Source of the DNA: Candidatus Latescibacterota bacterium
GTDB lineage: Bacteria > Latescibacterota > UBA2968 > GCA-2709665
Direction: 5' to 3'
DNA: 64,000 nucleotides
NCBI GenBank assembly: GCA_965219455.1
Contig: OZ244744.1
Coordinates: forward strand, 1,184,001-1,248,000
In this document: piece by piece, positions 8,101 through 16,851 of the stretch
Layout: each line of letters opens with the position of its first letter
How positions within the stretch are numbered: position 1 is the stretch's first letter
The notes under the pieces: model-generated
The model's input: only the letters and a program-made list of their open reading frames with translations
Database searches by the model: none
What the model was told of the DNA's origin: nothing
Translations under genes and position numbers: made by a program

Positions 8101-10452
8101 TGGGAACGTCCTGGAGCCGCCTCGATCGGAGCTTTCTTGCGTGACATAGGACTGGAAACCAAGACGGTCATAGTTTTTTTTCTTGGGCGATTGACTGAGC
8201 GGCGTCGACGCGACATAGCCGCCCGCGCCGGAGAACGGGAGTTGGCTCTGGTGGTTCTAGATGAAGTCCTGCTCGCATTTTTGGCCAGGTTTGACGATAC
8301 CCGCCTTCCAGCTTTCCTGCGAAGTAGCTTGCCCTACGCTGCTCTCAATCCATATACGCCGTTCCAGGCTGGAAATGTACCGCCCGAAATGTACTACGGC
8401 CGCGACAAGATGGTCCGTCAGCTACAAAACGAGGGTAGCTGCATCGTATTCGGTGGGCGACAGTTGGGCAAGTCCGCTCTATTGCGCCAGGTAGAACGCA
8501 CATTTCACCAGCCGGATCGCGAGCGATTTGCATGGGTCGAGGACATCAAGCTAGTGGGAGATGCCCTGGCAGGAGAACAGCCCGACCAGCTATGGATCAA
8601 GTTGCGCGATGGCTTTAAGAAACAATTACTAATTAGAGACAGCATAACGGCGACGCAGCCTGAAAATATCATCAAACACATCCAGAACGCAATGGATAAG
8701 TCTCCTCAACGGCGTGTTCTCGTCCTGTTTGATGAAGCCGATTCCTTCTTGGGTGCCGATGCTCAGAATAACTTTCAAGTCGTCGAAAGACTGAGATCCC
8801 TTATTCAGGAGACACATTCTCGCTTCAAGGTGGTCTTTGCCGGTCTGCATAACGTCCAGCGGTTTAATGATATCCCCAACCAGCCGCTCGCGCACTTCGG
8901 AGAAAACTTACTGGTAGGACCTCTCGAAGCCAATTCCGCGCGGCAGTTGGTGCGGGAACCCTTGGAGACGCTAGGATATCGGTTCGTTGATGAGACCACG
9001 GTGCTCAAAGTCCTTTCCTACACCAATTACCATCCGGGTTTAATACAGTATTTCTGCCATGAACTCGTACGTCGCCTACAAGCCAAAAGGTCCACAGCAG
9101 GGCCGCCTTACAAAGTGCGCTCAGAGGATGTCGAGGCGGTGTATAGATCTTCTCAGGCTCGACAAGTCATTCGTGAACGGCTCGATTGGACCCTGGCACT
9201 GGATTCTCGGTACCAGTGCATCGCTTGGTCCATGATCTATGAGCAAAAAGAGACGCGAGACAGCTATGTCCGTTCATTCAGCGTGAACGAGCTTCTCCAA
9301 CTGACGCGAGAGTGGTGGCCTCAAGGTTTCGATAAGGTGGACAGCGTAGCCTTGCGTGGATTGCTCGGAGAAATGGTCGGCTTGGGCATATTGGTACACA
9401 ACGTGGACGAAAATCTATTCTTGTTACGCAGTCCCAATCTGGTCCGCCTTATGGGTACCGAGGAGGATATAGAAAGCCGTCTGCTGGAGTTATCTGACAA
9501 ATCTCAGCCGACCCAGTTTCAGCCCGATAGTCAGCACCTATTATTAGATGACCAAGGCCGTAGATACAGTCCCTTGACGCTCGTGGAGGAAGGCCGTCTG
9601 CAACATACGCGGCGGTCCGGCGTGAGGCTAGTCTTCGGTTCCCCGGCATTGGGGTTGGACGTGTTGGAACAAGCCTTAAACCGTATGGGAGGCAGTGAGA
9701 TCCCCGCCCAAGAATTGATTCAAGCCAACCGAACCTGTGCTTGGTTGAATTCCCACGCCCGGAAGCAACGAGGGGTCGAGCAATTATTGACCTATGGCCA
9801 GCTCAGGGGCACAGGGGGGTATATGGCCCAATGCGTCTGGGATGTACGGCAGATGTGCGAAGGTTTTAACCAAAGGGCAAGGCGACCTCTGCAAGTAGTT
9901 TTCATCCTCAAACCGGAGGCTGCCTGGACATGGCTGAGGTTGCCAGCGGATCAGCGCACTAGTCTGGAAGACCGGGCTATTTACCTGCGACGCTGGAACG
10001 AAGTTGGAATTCAGCAGCGGTTGAGGCAAGCCGATAAATTGGATTCGCCTGAGGTCTGTCAGTATGTGTTGGAAGCCACCGGGGGATGGCCATACCTCCT
10101 GAATGATCTTCTGCGCAGATGCAGCGACAATGACGATCCCCGTTCCTATGCGGAAGCTCTGGCCAAGGAAATCGCTTGTCCGAGGTCGAAGGTAGGCGGA
10201 GGGTTGTTACAGCAGATTGGATTGGCTTCGCAGGCGGAGTCTCTGCTGGTGTTACAGACTATAGTGAATTGCGGTAAATTCTCAGACGAAGATATAGAGA
10301 CATTGGGTGATCTGGTTGATGGTACCCCTACCCTCAGTATTGAGGACTGCACGTCGGCTGTGGAGTTCTTGAGCCGTTTGGGATGCCTCGAAAAAGGTAA
10401 TGGAGAGTACCGCGTAGAGCCTGTCCTGGGTCGAATAGTTGGACATCTATGA
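5161..10452 (+). CDS. 1763-aa multidomain P-loop NTPase (STAND/AAA-like) with a second, degenerate NTPase module
   Basis: NPYTP..YYGR, Walker A GGRQLGKS (~aa 1098), Walker B VLVLFDEAD, YTNYHPGLIQ; second module FGSPALGLD...ATGGWPYLL; acidic linker ~aa 160-255. Confidence 0.85.
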   Translation: MSDPNRRNSENLKDTRWASVIEDLRQWPSDASEWESDQVGGFVEQVRLLAEQKCDEQKKAGRLHLQQALDQLREVYAREIAFFGFESLGIANWQAANCPADHVSERAKTVGSLQEQLNGLRLLKQQSPENFQETRKHRTDLNDTEDRINSLAMQLDQEFAVAEPEPQQTLDEEVEDEDDPGTEPPKPGKGTSGDRPDSDEQQEAKKESRQTEDESKKETSLKEQGAEAELSDKQEVSEPKHSQPAAPEPQPKDGTPTKLRSVRDAAVRLQEDKSDENWESLGWSLLAEEDWTGAYWLAHSLKAAGRDVPVAPELLSVLQGSRWLKNDTDSLVRGILEIASDWAPQTTAEKLLGLAAALRPSLIAPYAGLVGWLPQREEINPALGEFADAIRTFARAGYPLQSENLQGVENQADIAERIANIGKQAQSLLANNRGRKLKMLRATNVLRRLVDRGGDLNLLLTPVVENRADEIDQVRQRIKDFEGRRIEERIHQIDRERATARPSRPITGVPRDQLARSIEEAVTVADHWSSLIEREELISTKGDWWTDHVKELRDRARDILPDVEAELERMQRQDQNPKEAACGRVLQKATGEVTAMLGLDEQHDNEDPQAWMCTQSGSLNRALARRLLSIPEVSLDDDGYPSEDHMAEIATFLRQSLAEERVLITACNIRIERQDFRFTDVLRNALKDDEERRVFEDRNEEALNGSRTALLERVAKVRGVIEQGMVDGLLVEQERTTMSAELETAAIEEPLCFGPLFRRLADIERQLNQKRADRLQELESKWAHIRQVLEQKIQVEQLKAVEAFIHRAFQQSDTRVVDEGLAHLREVLQGEVEWESGWFAPPDERDILKEFLDASSGIESGLSSLGSVNQLASVIEKGKTWGKVAFGELPKTRRDEAVRALKSWHVLKRHQDQPTVAHRHVPVLLAYLGFHLQEKESAVSVKNRGRDWLHCEVDASASDLARPIPQLGSQAIGCYNVVCLWERPGAASIGAFLRDIGLETKTVIVFFLGRLTERRRRDIAARAGERELALVVLDEVLLAFLARFDDTRLPAFLRSSLPYAALNPYTPFQAGNVPPEMYYGRDKMVRQLQNEGSCIVFGGRQLGKSALLRQVERTFHQPDRERFAWVEDIKLVGDALAGEQPDQLWIKLRDGFKKQLLIRDSITATQPENIIKHIQNAMDKSPQRRVLVLFDEADSFLGADAQNNFQVVERLRSLIQETHSRFKVVFAGLHNVQRFNDIPNQPLAHFGENLLVGPLEANSARQLVREPLETLGYRFVDETTVLKVLSYTNYHPGLIQYFCHELVRRLQAKRSTAGPPYKVRSEDVEAVYRSSQARQVIRERLDWTLALDSRYQCIAWSMIYEQKETRDSYVRSFSVNELLQLTREWWPQGFDKVDSVALRGLLGEMVGLGILVHNVDENLFLLRSPNLVRLMGTEEDIESRLLELSDKSQPTQFQPDSQHLLLDDQGRRYSPLTLVEEGRLQHTRRSGVRLVFGSPALGLDVLEQALNRMGGSEIPAQELIQANRTCAWLNSHARKQRGVEQLLTYGQLRGTGGYMAQCVWDVRQMCEGFNQRARRPLQVVFILKPEAAWTWLRLPADQRTSLEDRAIYLRRWNEVGIQQRLRQADKLDSPEVCQYVLEATGGWPYLLNDLLRRCSDNDDPRSYAEALAKEIACPRSKVGGGLLQQIGLASQAESLLVLQTIVNCGKFSDEDIETLGDLVDGTPTLSIEDCTSAVEFLSRLGCLEKGNGEYRVEPVLGRIVGHL

Positions 10453-11747
10453 ACTTGGAATTGACCAGCTTCTTGATGCAGATGCCGACGGCGCAACGAT
10501 TGTTGGATCTAATAAAGGACGACTTGCGGTGCGGTCGTAGTGTGTTGGGCTTGTTTCCCGAGGGAATCGATTCAAGTCGGCTGCGATCAGCATTATGGGA
10601 TGGGCTCGCATATTGGCACCTGCAAATCCAGGAGATATTTATACCCCAGCTGGATGTCCAAACGCCAGCGGGAGCTTTGGCTCAAGCTCTAGGAGTAGAT
10701 TGGGGTGCCTCCAACGCGCCCCGCACGGTAGAGAATCTTCTGAGGCAAACAAGCTTGCCCGAAATCATGTTTCTAGACGGATTTGATGAACTACCTAAAA
10801 AGGATCAAATCCAGTGGCTTCAATTTGTGGCCCAATGGGCCCAGGTTTGTCAAGGCAAGAACTTCACGGACGACGGTGGCTCCGAGACTCCCCCGGCACT
10901 GTGTCTGCTTGCCCAGGCGTCACAGGTGCCCTATCCACTTCCTCAGACGAATGTATTGCTGTCAATCCGGGTCTGGAGAGGGATCCCCACGACCCTGGAG
11001 ATGCGCCTATTGTGCCGATTGGCATCCGAGCAGGATTCCGGTCCGTTAAGCCGATGGAAAGAGCACACTATTCCAGCCATTGCGGGCTCTGATATAGATC
11101 TGGCCGATTATCTGTGGGCTCAGGAATATCGCGATTGTGTCGAATTGGCGGATCTCCTACGGGCTTTTGGTCAGAGACGCGGCTGGGATCAGACTGAATT
11201 GGAGGATTGGCCTTTACATAACCATCCCCGAAATACCACACTTTTGCAAGAGGATTGGGCGTTACCAAATGCGTTGTATCAGACTTGGGCCCGGGGAATG
11301 GTTCATTGGACCCCGGAATATGGGTTGGAACGCCATAGTGCAGTCTTAGCACTTTTGGATCAAAAAGAATCGTTAGATCATCGATTGTGGCGAGGCCAGG
11401 CGGGATTTCTTTTGCCTGAGATTGACGAAATTCGATTGGGATTGTGTAATCATCTGAACCGTTCGTACGGATTGAACTGGCCTTACAAGTGGCGGGAGCC
11501 GGAGACAGCAATAGAATGCCAGGAAGTTAGGGAGACGCCCTTTGCCTGTCAGTGGGGACATCTGGAATACCTGCTACAGAAATGTCCTAATATACAGGTA
11601 GAACAGCGGTGGCTTCCACTGGTGCGTCAATCGCGACAACTCCGCAATGCAGTGGCACACTATAGGCCGATAACCCTACGGGATTACGAAAGGTTCTGCT
11701 CAGCGGTAAAGAAAGCAACTGCGGCAGGTTTGAAGATAGGTTTGTGA
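10449..11747 (+). CDS. 432-aa protein with a degenerate NTPase-like N-terminus and a putative C-terminal HEPN RNase
   Basis: ATGA overlap with the upstream gene; Walker-B-like IMFLDGFDEL; LRNAVAH (RxxxxH) at 11643-11660 in a helical C-terminal region. Confidence 0.7.
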   Translation: MNLELTSFLMQMPTAQRLLDLIKDDLRCGRSVLGLFPEGIDSSRLRSALWDGLAYWHLQIQEIFIPQLDVQTPAGALAQALGVDWGASNAPRTVENLLRQTSLPEIMFLDGFDELPKKDQIQWLQFVAQWAQVCQGKNFTDDGGSETPPALCLLAQASQVPYPLPQTNVLLSIRVWRGIPTTLEMRLLCRLASEQDSGPLSRWKEHTIPAIAGSDIDLADYLWAQEYRDCVELADLLRAFGQRRGWDQTELEDWPLHNHPRNTTLLQEDWALPNALYQTWARGMVHWTPEYGLERHSAVLALLDQKESLDHRLWRGQAGFLLPEIDEIRLGLCNHLNRSYGLNWPYKWREPETAIECQEVRETPFACQWGHLEYLLQKCPNIQVEQRWLPLVRQSRQLRNAVAHYRPITLRDYERFCSAVKKATAAGLKIGL

Positions 11748-12026
11748 CTGGATAGACGTGTTTGTCCCATTTAATTCAATGACTGAGACCGAACTCTATT
11801 GAAGATCCATCAAGTCGCCCACACGGGCGAATGCGACATGGCAACCCAAGAAATCGGCGGCGATACGGCGAAAATATGTACGATAACCTAGTTAGCCAAT
11901 CACTTACGGAGAGAGCACCGCGCCACGACAGCCTACAGGTATTGCGGCCAACAAAACGTTCGGACATCTGGCAATCGATTGCCGACGTTGTCTTTCTCGC
12001 ACTCTTCGGGTTGAGAATGATCACTC

Positions 12027-14012
12027 ATGCCTGACCACAGCTATTTCACTAACCTGATCTGGCAGATCGCCGATCTTCTACGTGGGCCATACCGGCCTCC
12101 GCAGTACGAGCGCGTTATGTTGCCCATGACCGTGCTTAGGCGATTCGACTGCGTACTTGCCCCCACCAAATCCGGCGTGCTCGCTGAATACGAACGCTCC
12201 CGTGGCAAGTTTGAAGGTCGTGCGCTCGAGGCCAGGTTGAACACCGCCGCAAAGCAGCACTTCCACAACCACTCGCCGCTCGACTTCGAGAAACTCAAGG
12301 GCGACCCAGATAACATCGCCCAGCACCTCGTCAGCTACATCCAGGGCTTTTCGTCCAACGTGCGCCGCATTTTCGAGTATTTCGAGTTTGAGACTGAGAT
12401 CGAGAAGATGCAAGAGTCCAACATCCTCTACCTCGTCGTCTCAAAGTTCTGCGACGTGGACCTCCATCCCGACCGTGTCCCCAACGAGCAAATGGGACTC
12501 CTCTTCGAGAATCTGATCCGTCGATTCAATGAATTGGCAAACGAGACGGCGGGCGACCACTTCACGCCACGAGACGCCATCCGGCTGATGGTGAGCATAT
12601 TGTTCATAAACGACGATAAACTTCTCGCTACGCCGGGTGTAGTGCGCAAGCTTCTCGACCCCGCCTGCGGTACTGGTGGAATGTTGGCCGAAGCACAAAA
12701 TTACCTGCGAGAACACCATAGTGCTGCCCGTCTTTACGTTTACGGACAGGATTACAATCAGCGGGCATTTGCCACTGCCGCTTCTGACATGCTGATGAAA
12801 CAGGTCAACCATAACGGTGGCGGGGATAATGTGCGCTTTGGAGACAGCTTTACGGAGGACCAATTCGAGGGCGACACCTTTGACTACTTTCTTACCAATC
12901 CACCCTTCGGCGTAGACTGGAAAAAACAACGCAATGACGTACGAAATGAGCACGAAAAGCTTGGTTTCGCGGGCCGTTTCGGCGCAGGACTGCCCCGGAT
13001 AAACGACGGATCGATGCTTTTCCTGCAGCACATGGTCCGAAAGTTTGAACCCTTACGTCCGGACGAGCATAAGCATGGTTCTCGCCTTGCCATTGTGTTC
13101 AGCGGCTCGCCCCTCTTCACTGGCGGCGCCGGGTCCGGCGAAAGCGACATTCGCAAGTGGATCATCGAAAACGACTGGCTGGAGGCCATTATCGCCCTGC
13201 CGGAGCAAATGTTTTACAATACAGGCATCGGCACCTATATCTGGATTGTCACCAACCGCAAAGAAGATTTCCGGAAAGGGCGGATTCAGCTAATCGACGC
13301 CCGCGAAATGTGGACGGCTGGGGGAAGTAACGACAACAGGCGCAGTCTGGGCGATAAACGCCGGCACATCAGCGCGGAACATACCGATGAGATTGTGCGA
13401 CTTTACGGTCGGTTCGAGGAATGCGATCGCTCGAAGATTTTCGCAAACGACGACTTCGGCTATACCCGGGTGACCGTGGAGCGCCCCCTGCGTTTGCGCT
13501 ATCAGATGACCTTTGAAGACAAAGCGCGTTTCCTGGACGCATGTCCGTACTTGCTGGATGACGTCCAGGACATAGATAAGGTGTTGGGACGCGAGCCCCA
13601 GCGCGACTGGAATGCCGCATGGGAAAATATCAGCGCTCTCCTGCATAAGCGCCAATCGCGCTGGAAGAAAGTAGAACAGAGGCTCTTCCGAGACGTCTTC
13701 ACTGAGAAAAATTCGGACGCCGAGCCGGTCAGGAAGGATGGCCGAGAGAAAGGATACGAGTCCGACGCCGAGCTGCGAGACTTCGAAAATGTACCGCTCG
13801 CTGAGGACGTCGACGCCTACTTCGAGCGTGAGGTCCGCCCTCACGTCCCCGACGCCTGGATGGACCGCCGAAAGGACAAGGTCGGCTACGAGATCAACTT
13901 CAATCGGCACTTCTACAAGTACACGCCACCGCGCCCGCTGGAGGAAATCGACGCGGATCTGAAGAAAGCGGAAGAGAAGATCGTGCGGTTGTTGAGGGAG
14001 GTGACGGCGTGA
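12027..14012 (+). CDS. hsdM: Type I R-M methyltransferase subunit
   Basis: IWQIADLLRG, GDHFTPRD, LDPACGTGGML, TNPPFG. Confidence 0.95.
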   Translation: MPDHSYFTNLIWQIADLLRGPYRPPQYERVMLPMTVLRRFDCVLAPTKSGVLAEYERSRGKFEGRALEARLNTAAKQHFHNHSPLDFEKLKGDPDNIAQHLVSYIQGFSSNVRRIFEYFEFETEIEKMQESNILYLVVSKFCDVDLHPDRVPNEQMGLLFENLIRRFNELANETAGDHFTPRDAIRLMVSILFINDDKLLATPGVVRKLLDPACGTGGMLAEAQNYLREHHSAARLYVYGQDYNQRAFATAASDMLMKQVNHNGGGDNVRFGDSFTEDQFEGDTFDYFLTNPPFGVDWKKQRNDVRNEHEKLGFAGRFGAGLPRINDGSMLFLQHMVRKFEPLRPDEHKHGSRLAIVFSGSPLFTGGAGSGESDIRKWIIENDWLEAIIALPEQMFYNTGIGTYIWIVTNRKEDFRKGRIQLIDAREMWTAGGSNDNRRSLGDKRRHISAEHTDEIVRLYGRFEECDRSKIFANDDFGYTRVTVERPLRLRYQMTFEDKARFLDACPYLLDDVQDIDKVLGREPQRDWNAAWENISALLHKRQSRWKKVEQRLFRDVFTEKNSDAEPVRKDGREKGYESDAELRDFENVPLAEDVDAYFEREVRPHVPDAWMDRRKDKVGYEINFNRHFYKYTPPRPLEEIDADLKKAEEKIVRLLREVTA

Positions 14013-15250
14013 GGAAGGACAGTGCGACCCAACTCCGACGTGGATTCTCGGTCACGAGTGGAGCCACTCCACCAAGCGATAATCCTGAATTCTGGAATGG
14101 AGAGATCCTTTGGGTTACACCGGAAGACCTAAGTGCTAAGAAGAGCTATTGGCTTGAGGATACTCGCCGAAAAATCTCACACGCTGGTTATAAGTCTTGC
14201 GGCACGAATTTGGTTCCAAGCCGCTCAATTATTCTGTCGAAGAGAGCACCAATCGGACTGCTTGCGGTGCTTAAGCGAACCGCATGCTCAAACCAAGGCT
14301 GTTTTCTGTTGACGCCGACAGATGACGCCGATACACGGTTCTATTATTACTGGCTTTTTAGTAAAATTGAATTCCTTCGAGCCCTTGGCCGCGGCTCCAC
14401 CTTTATGGAGATTAGTGCTGATGACCTGAAGTCGATTCGCTTACCCACTCCTTTACCGCACGTACAAAGCAGCATCGCCGACTATCTCGACCGAGAGACA
14501 GCGCGGATCGACGAACTGGTGGCGGAAAAGAAGCGGTTGCTAGACCTGCTAGCCGAAAAGCGCCGTGCGCTCATCGCCCGCGTCGTCACACGTGGCCTCG
14601 ACCCAAACGTAACGTTGAGCGATTCTGGAATCCCCTGGCTGGGTAAGATTCCAGCGCACTGGAAGACTGAACGTGCTAGATGGTTGTTCAAAGAACGTGA
14701 TGAACGATCCGAAACGGGAGAAGAGGATCTCCTTACCGTCTCTCACCTCACGGGCGTAACTCTTCGTTCCGAGAAGGACGTCAATATGTTCGAGGCTGAG
14801 ACAAAAGAGGGATACAAGATGTGTTTCTCGGGAGACCTTGTAATCAATACACTTTGGGCGTGGATGGGCGCATTGGGTGTCTCGTCTAAGGACGGTATCG
14901 TAAGTCCTGCCTACAACGTATACGAACCCGGTGTGCATCTGAACCCTCGATACGTCGACGCTCTGGTGCGTTTGACGACCTTTGCGCAGGAGGTAACGCG
15001 ATATTCGAAGGGTGTGTGGTCATCCCGGTTGCGACTCTATCCTGAAGGATTCTTCGCTGTCTCACTTCCTGTACCACCGCTTGGAGAACAGCGAGAAATC
15101 GTCGGCTATATAGCGAAGACGATTTGCAAATTGAACGTACTGCAAGCATCGACAGAGCGGGCCGTGTCGTTGCTTAATGAGCGTCGCTCGACATTGATTG
15201 CCGCCGCGGTAACCGGAAAGACTGTCATCAAATCGTCACAACCAGTATAA
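14009..15250 (+). CDS. hsdS: Type I R-M specificity subunit
   Basis: Two TRDs separated by the conserved IADYLDRETARID...VTRGLDP..DSGIPWLGKIP spacer; C-terminal ERRSTLIAAAVTG; GTGA overlap with hsdM. Confidence 0.92.
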   Translation: MRKDSATQLRRGFSVTSGATPPSDNPEFWNGEILWVTPEDLSAKKSYWLEDTRRKISHAGYKSCGTNLVPSRSIILSKRAPIGLLAVLKRTACSNQGCFLLTPTDDADTRFYYYWLFSKIEFLRALGRGSTFMEISADDLKSIRLPTPLPHVQSSIADYLDRETARIDELVAEKKRLLDLLAEKRRALIARVVTRGLDPNVTLSDSGIPWLGKIPAHWKTERARWLFKERDERSETGEEDLLTVSHLTGVTLRSEKDVNMFEAETKEGYKMCFSGDLVINTLWAWMGALGVSSKDGIVSPAYNVYEPGVHLNPRYVDALVRLTTFAQEVTRYSKGVWSSRLRLYPEGFFAVSLPVPPLGEQREIVGYIAKTICKLNVLQASTERAVSLLNERRSTLIAAAVTGKTVIKSSQPV

Positions 15251-15352
15251 TTCGCGGAATTCGCGGACAATCACAGGAGAATGGGACCCCGCCATGGAGT
15301 TTCAGGCGGCGCACAATAACCATAGCGGTTAATCCGTTTTTCGGTTTACCTG

Positions 15353-15763
15353 ATGGCAGATATATACGACCAAAAGAAGCGCAGTGAGATAATGGGGCGA
15401 GTTCGCGACAAGGACACAAAGCCTGAAAATCGAGTCCGCAAGATCGCCCACGGTCTCGGCTATCGCTTTCGGTTATACGACGATGGTCTGCCTGGAAAGC
15501 CTGACCTGGTATTTCCCCGGCACCGGAAAGTGATCTTTGTTCACGGCTGCTTCTGGCACGGACACAAGGACTGTCCGAAGGCGAGACGTCCTGCGACGAA
15601 CAGAATCTTCTGGGACGAAAAACTATCACGAAATATCGAACGTGATCGGCGCAATGTAGTTGCGCTGGAGGAAGCTGGTTGGAAGACATTAATCATCTGG
15701 GAGTGTAAGACAGGGGATCGGGACTACGTTGAGCAAATGATGAGCCGGTTTTTTGATATTTGA
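15353..15763 (+). CDS. vsr: Very short patch repair endonuclease
   Basis: RSEIMGRVRDKDTKPE, LPGKPDLVF, FVHGCFWHGH, GWKTLIIWEC. Confidence 0.95.
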   Translation: MADIYDQKKRSEIMGRVRDKDTKPENRVRKIAHGLGYRFRLYDDGLPGKPDLVFPRHRKVIFVHGCFWHGHKDCPKARRPATNRIFWDEKLSRNIERDRRNVVALEEAGWKTLIIWECKTGDRDYVEQMMSRFFDI

Positions 15764-15785
15764 TTTGCTGGGTAAGGGTGACCAC

Positions 15786-16850
15786 GTGAGCGTAAAGGTA
15801 TTTGATTTTTTCTCAGGTTGCGGTGGTGCGAGTTGTGGTTTCCGGGATGCGGGAATGGAGATCGTCTTTGCGCTCGATTTCGATCCTGACTCTCAACGGA
15901 CCTATCAAACGAACTTCCCTTCGACTCATTTCGTATTCAAGAATATACGCGAGACACCAATCTCTGAAGTTAGTTCAATTGTTGATGCGCAAAAACCTGA
16001 TCCCGTGTTATTTTGCGGATGCGCGCCATGCCAGCCATTCACTAAGCATAACAGGAAGCTAGTCGAACAAGAAGATGACGACCGGAAATCACTATTGTCC
16101 CGGTTCGCCGAATTTGTCGAAGCCTGCAAACCAAACATAGTATTTATCGAGAATGTGGCCGGTCTTGAGGAAGAGAAATCGAGTACTGAGCCGTTCGGAG
16201 GATTCCTTGAAATTCTCCAGACAGCGGGTTACCGACATGTCAAGTACAGCAAAGTGCGGGCCATGAAATATGGAATCCCGCAGTGCCGTTGTCGCCTTGT
16301 ACTTCTGGCAAGCCGTCACGGTCCAATCGAACTCCCATCGGAGACTAACGGGCCTGGAACGGACAACCCCGATTACGAAACGGTCAGGAATTGGATCGGT
16401 GAACTTCCACCGATCGACGCCGGCGAGGAACACGCGACCACGCTAAATCATCGTGCTGCGGGACTGTCAGAACTTAATCTGGAGCGTATTCGCGCGACAC
16501 CGGAGGGCGGAGGCCGCAAAGATTGGCCAGAGCGACTTCAACTCGACTGCCACAAGAAAACAACGGGATACAGCGACGTCTACGGACGTATGGCGTGGGA
16601 CAGACCGGCGACAGCATTGACGACAAGATGCAATAGTTATTCCAATGGTCGATTCGGGCACCCGGATCAGGATCGAGCAATAAGTATCCGTGAAGCAGCC
16701 TGTTTACAAACCTTCCCACTCGACTTCCGATTCGAAGGCAGCCTCGCCTCGATGGCTCGACAGATCGGCAATGCTGTTCCAGTTAAATTGGCAGCAACAA
16801 TCGGACGACAAATCAACAAACATTTGAAGGAAGTGGGAGTACTCCGCTAA
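15786..16850 (+). CDS. C5 cytosine DNA methyltransferase
   Basis: FDFFSGCGG (I), APCQPF (IV), ENVAG (VI), QCRCR (VIII), IGNAVP (X); GTG start chosen from the RBS. Confidence 0.95.
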   Translation: MSVKVFDFFSGCGGASCGFRDAGMEIVFALDFDPDSQRTYQTNFPSTHFVFKNIRETPISEVSSIVDAQKPDPVLFCGCAPCQPFTKHNRKLVEQEDDDRKSLLSRFAEFVEACKPNIVFIENVAGLEEEKSSTEPFGGFLEILQTAGYRHVKYSKVRAMKYGIPQCRCRLVLLASRHGPIELPSETNGPGTDNPDYETVRNWIGELPPIDAGEEHATTLNHRAAGLSELNLERIRATPEGGGRKDWPERLQLDCHKKTTGYSDVYGRMAWDRPATALTTRCNSYSNGRFGHPDQDRAISIREAACLQTFPLDFRFEGSLASMARQIGNAVPVKLAATIGRQINKHLKEVGVLR

Positions 16851-16851
16851 A

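Noticed and set aside
11748-12026. Small ORFs or a regulator between the HEPN-like gene and hsdM
   Set aside because: No recognisable motif or RBS.
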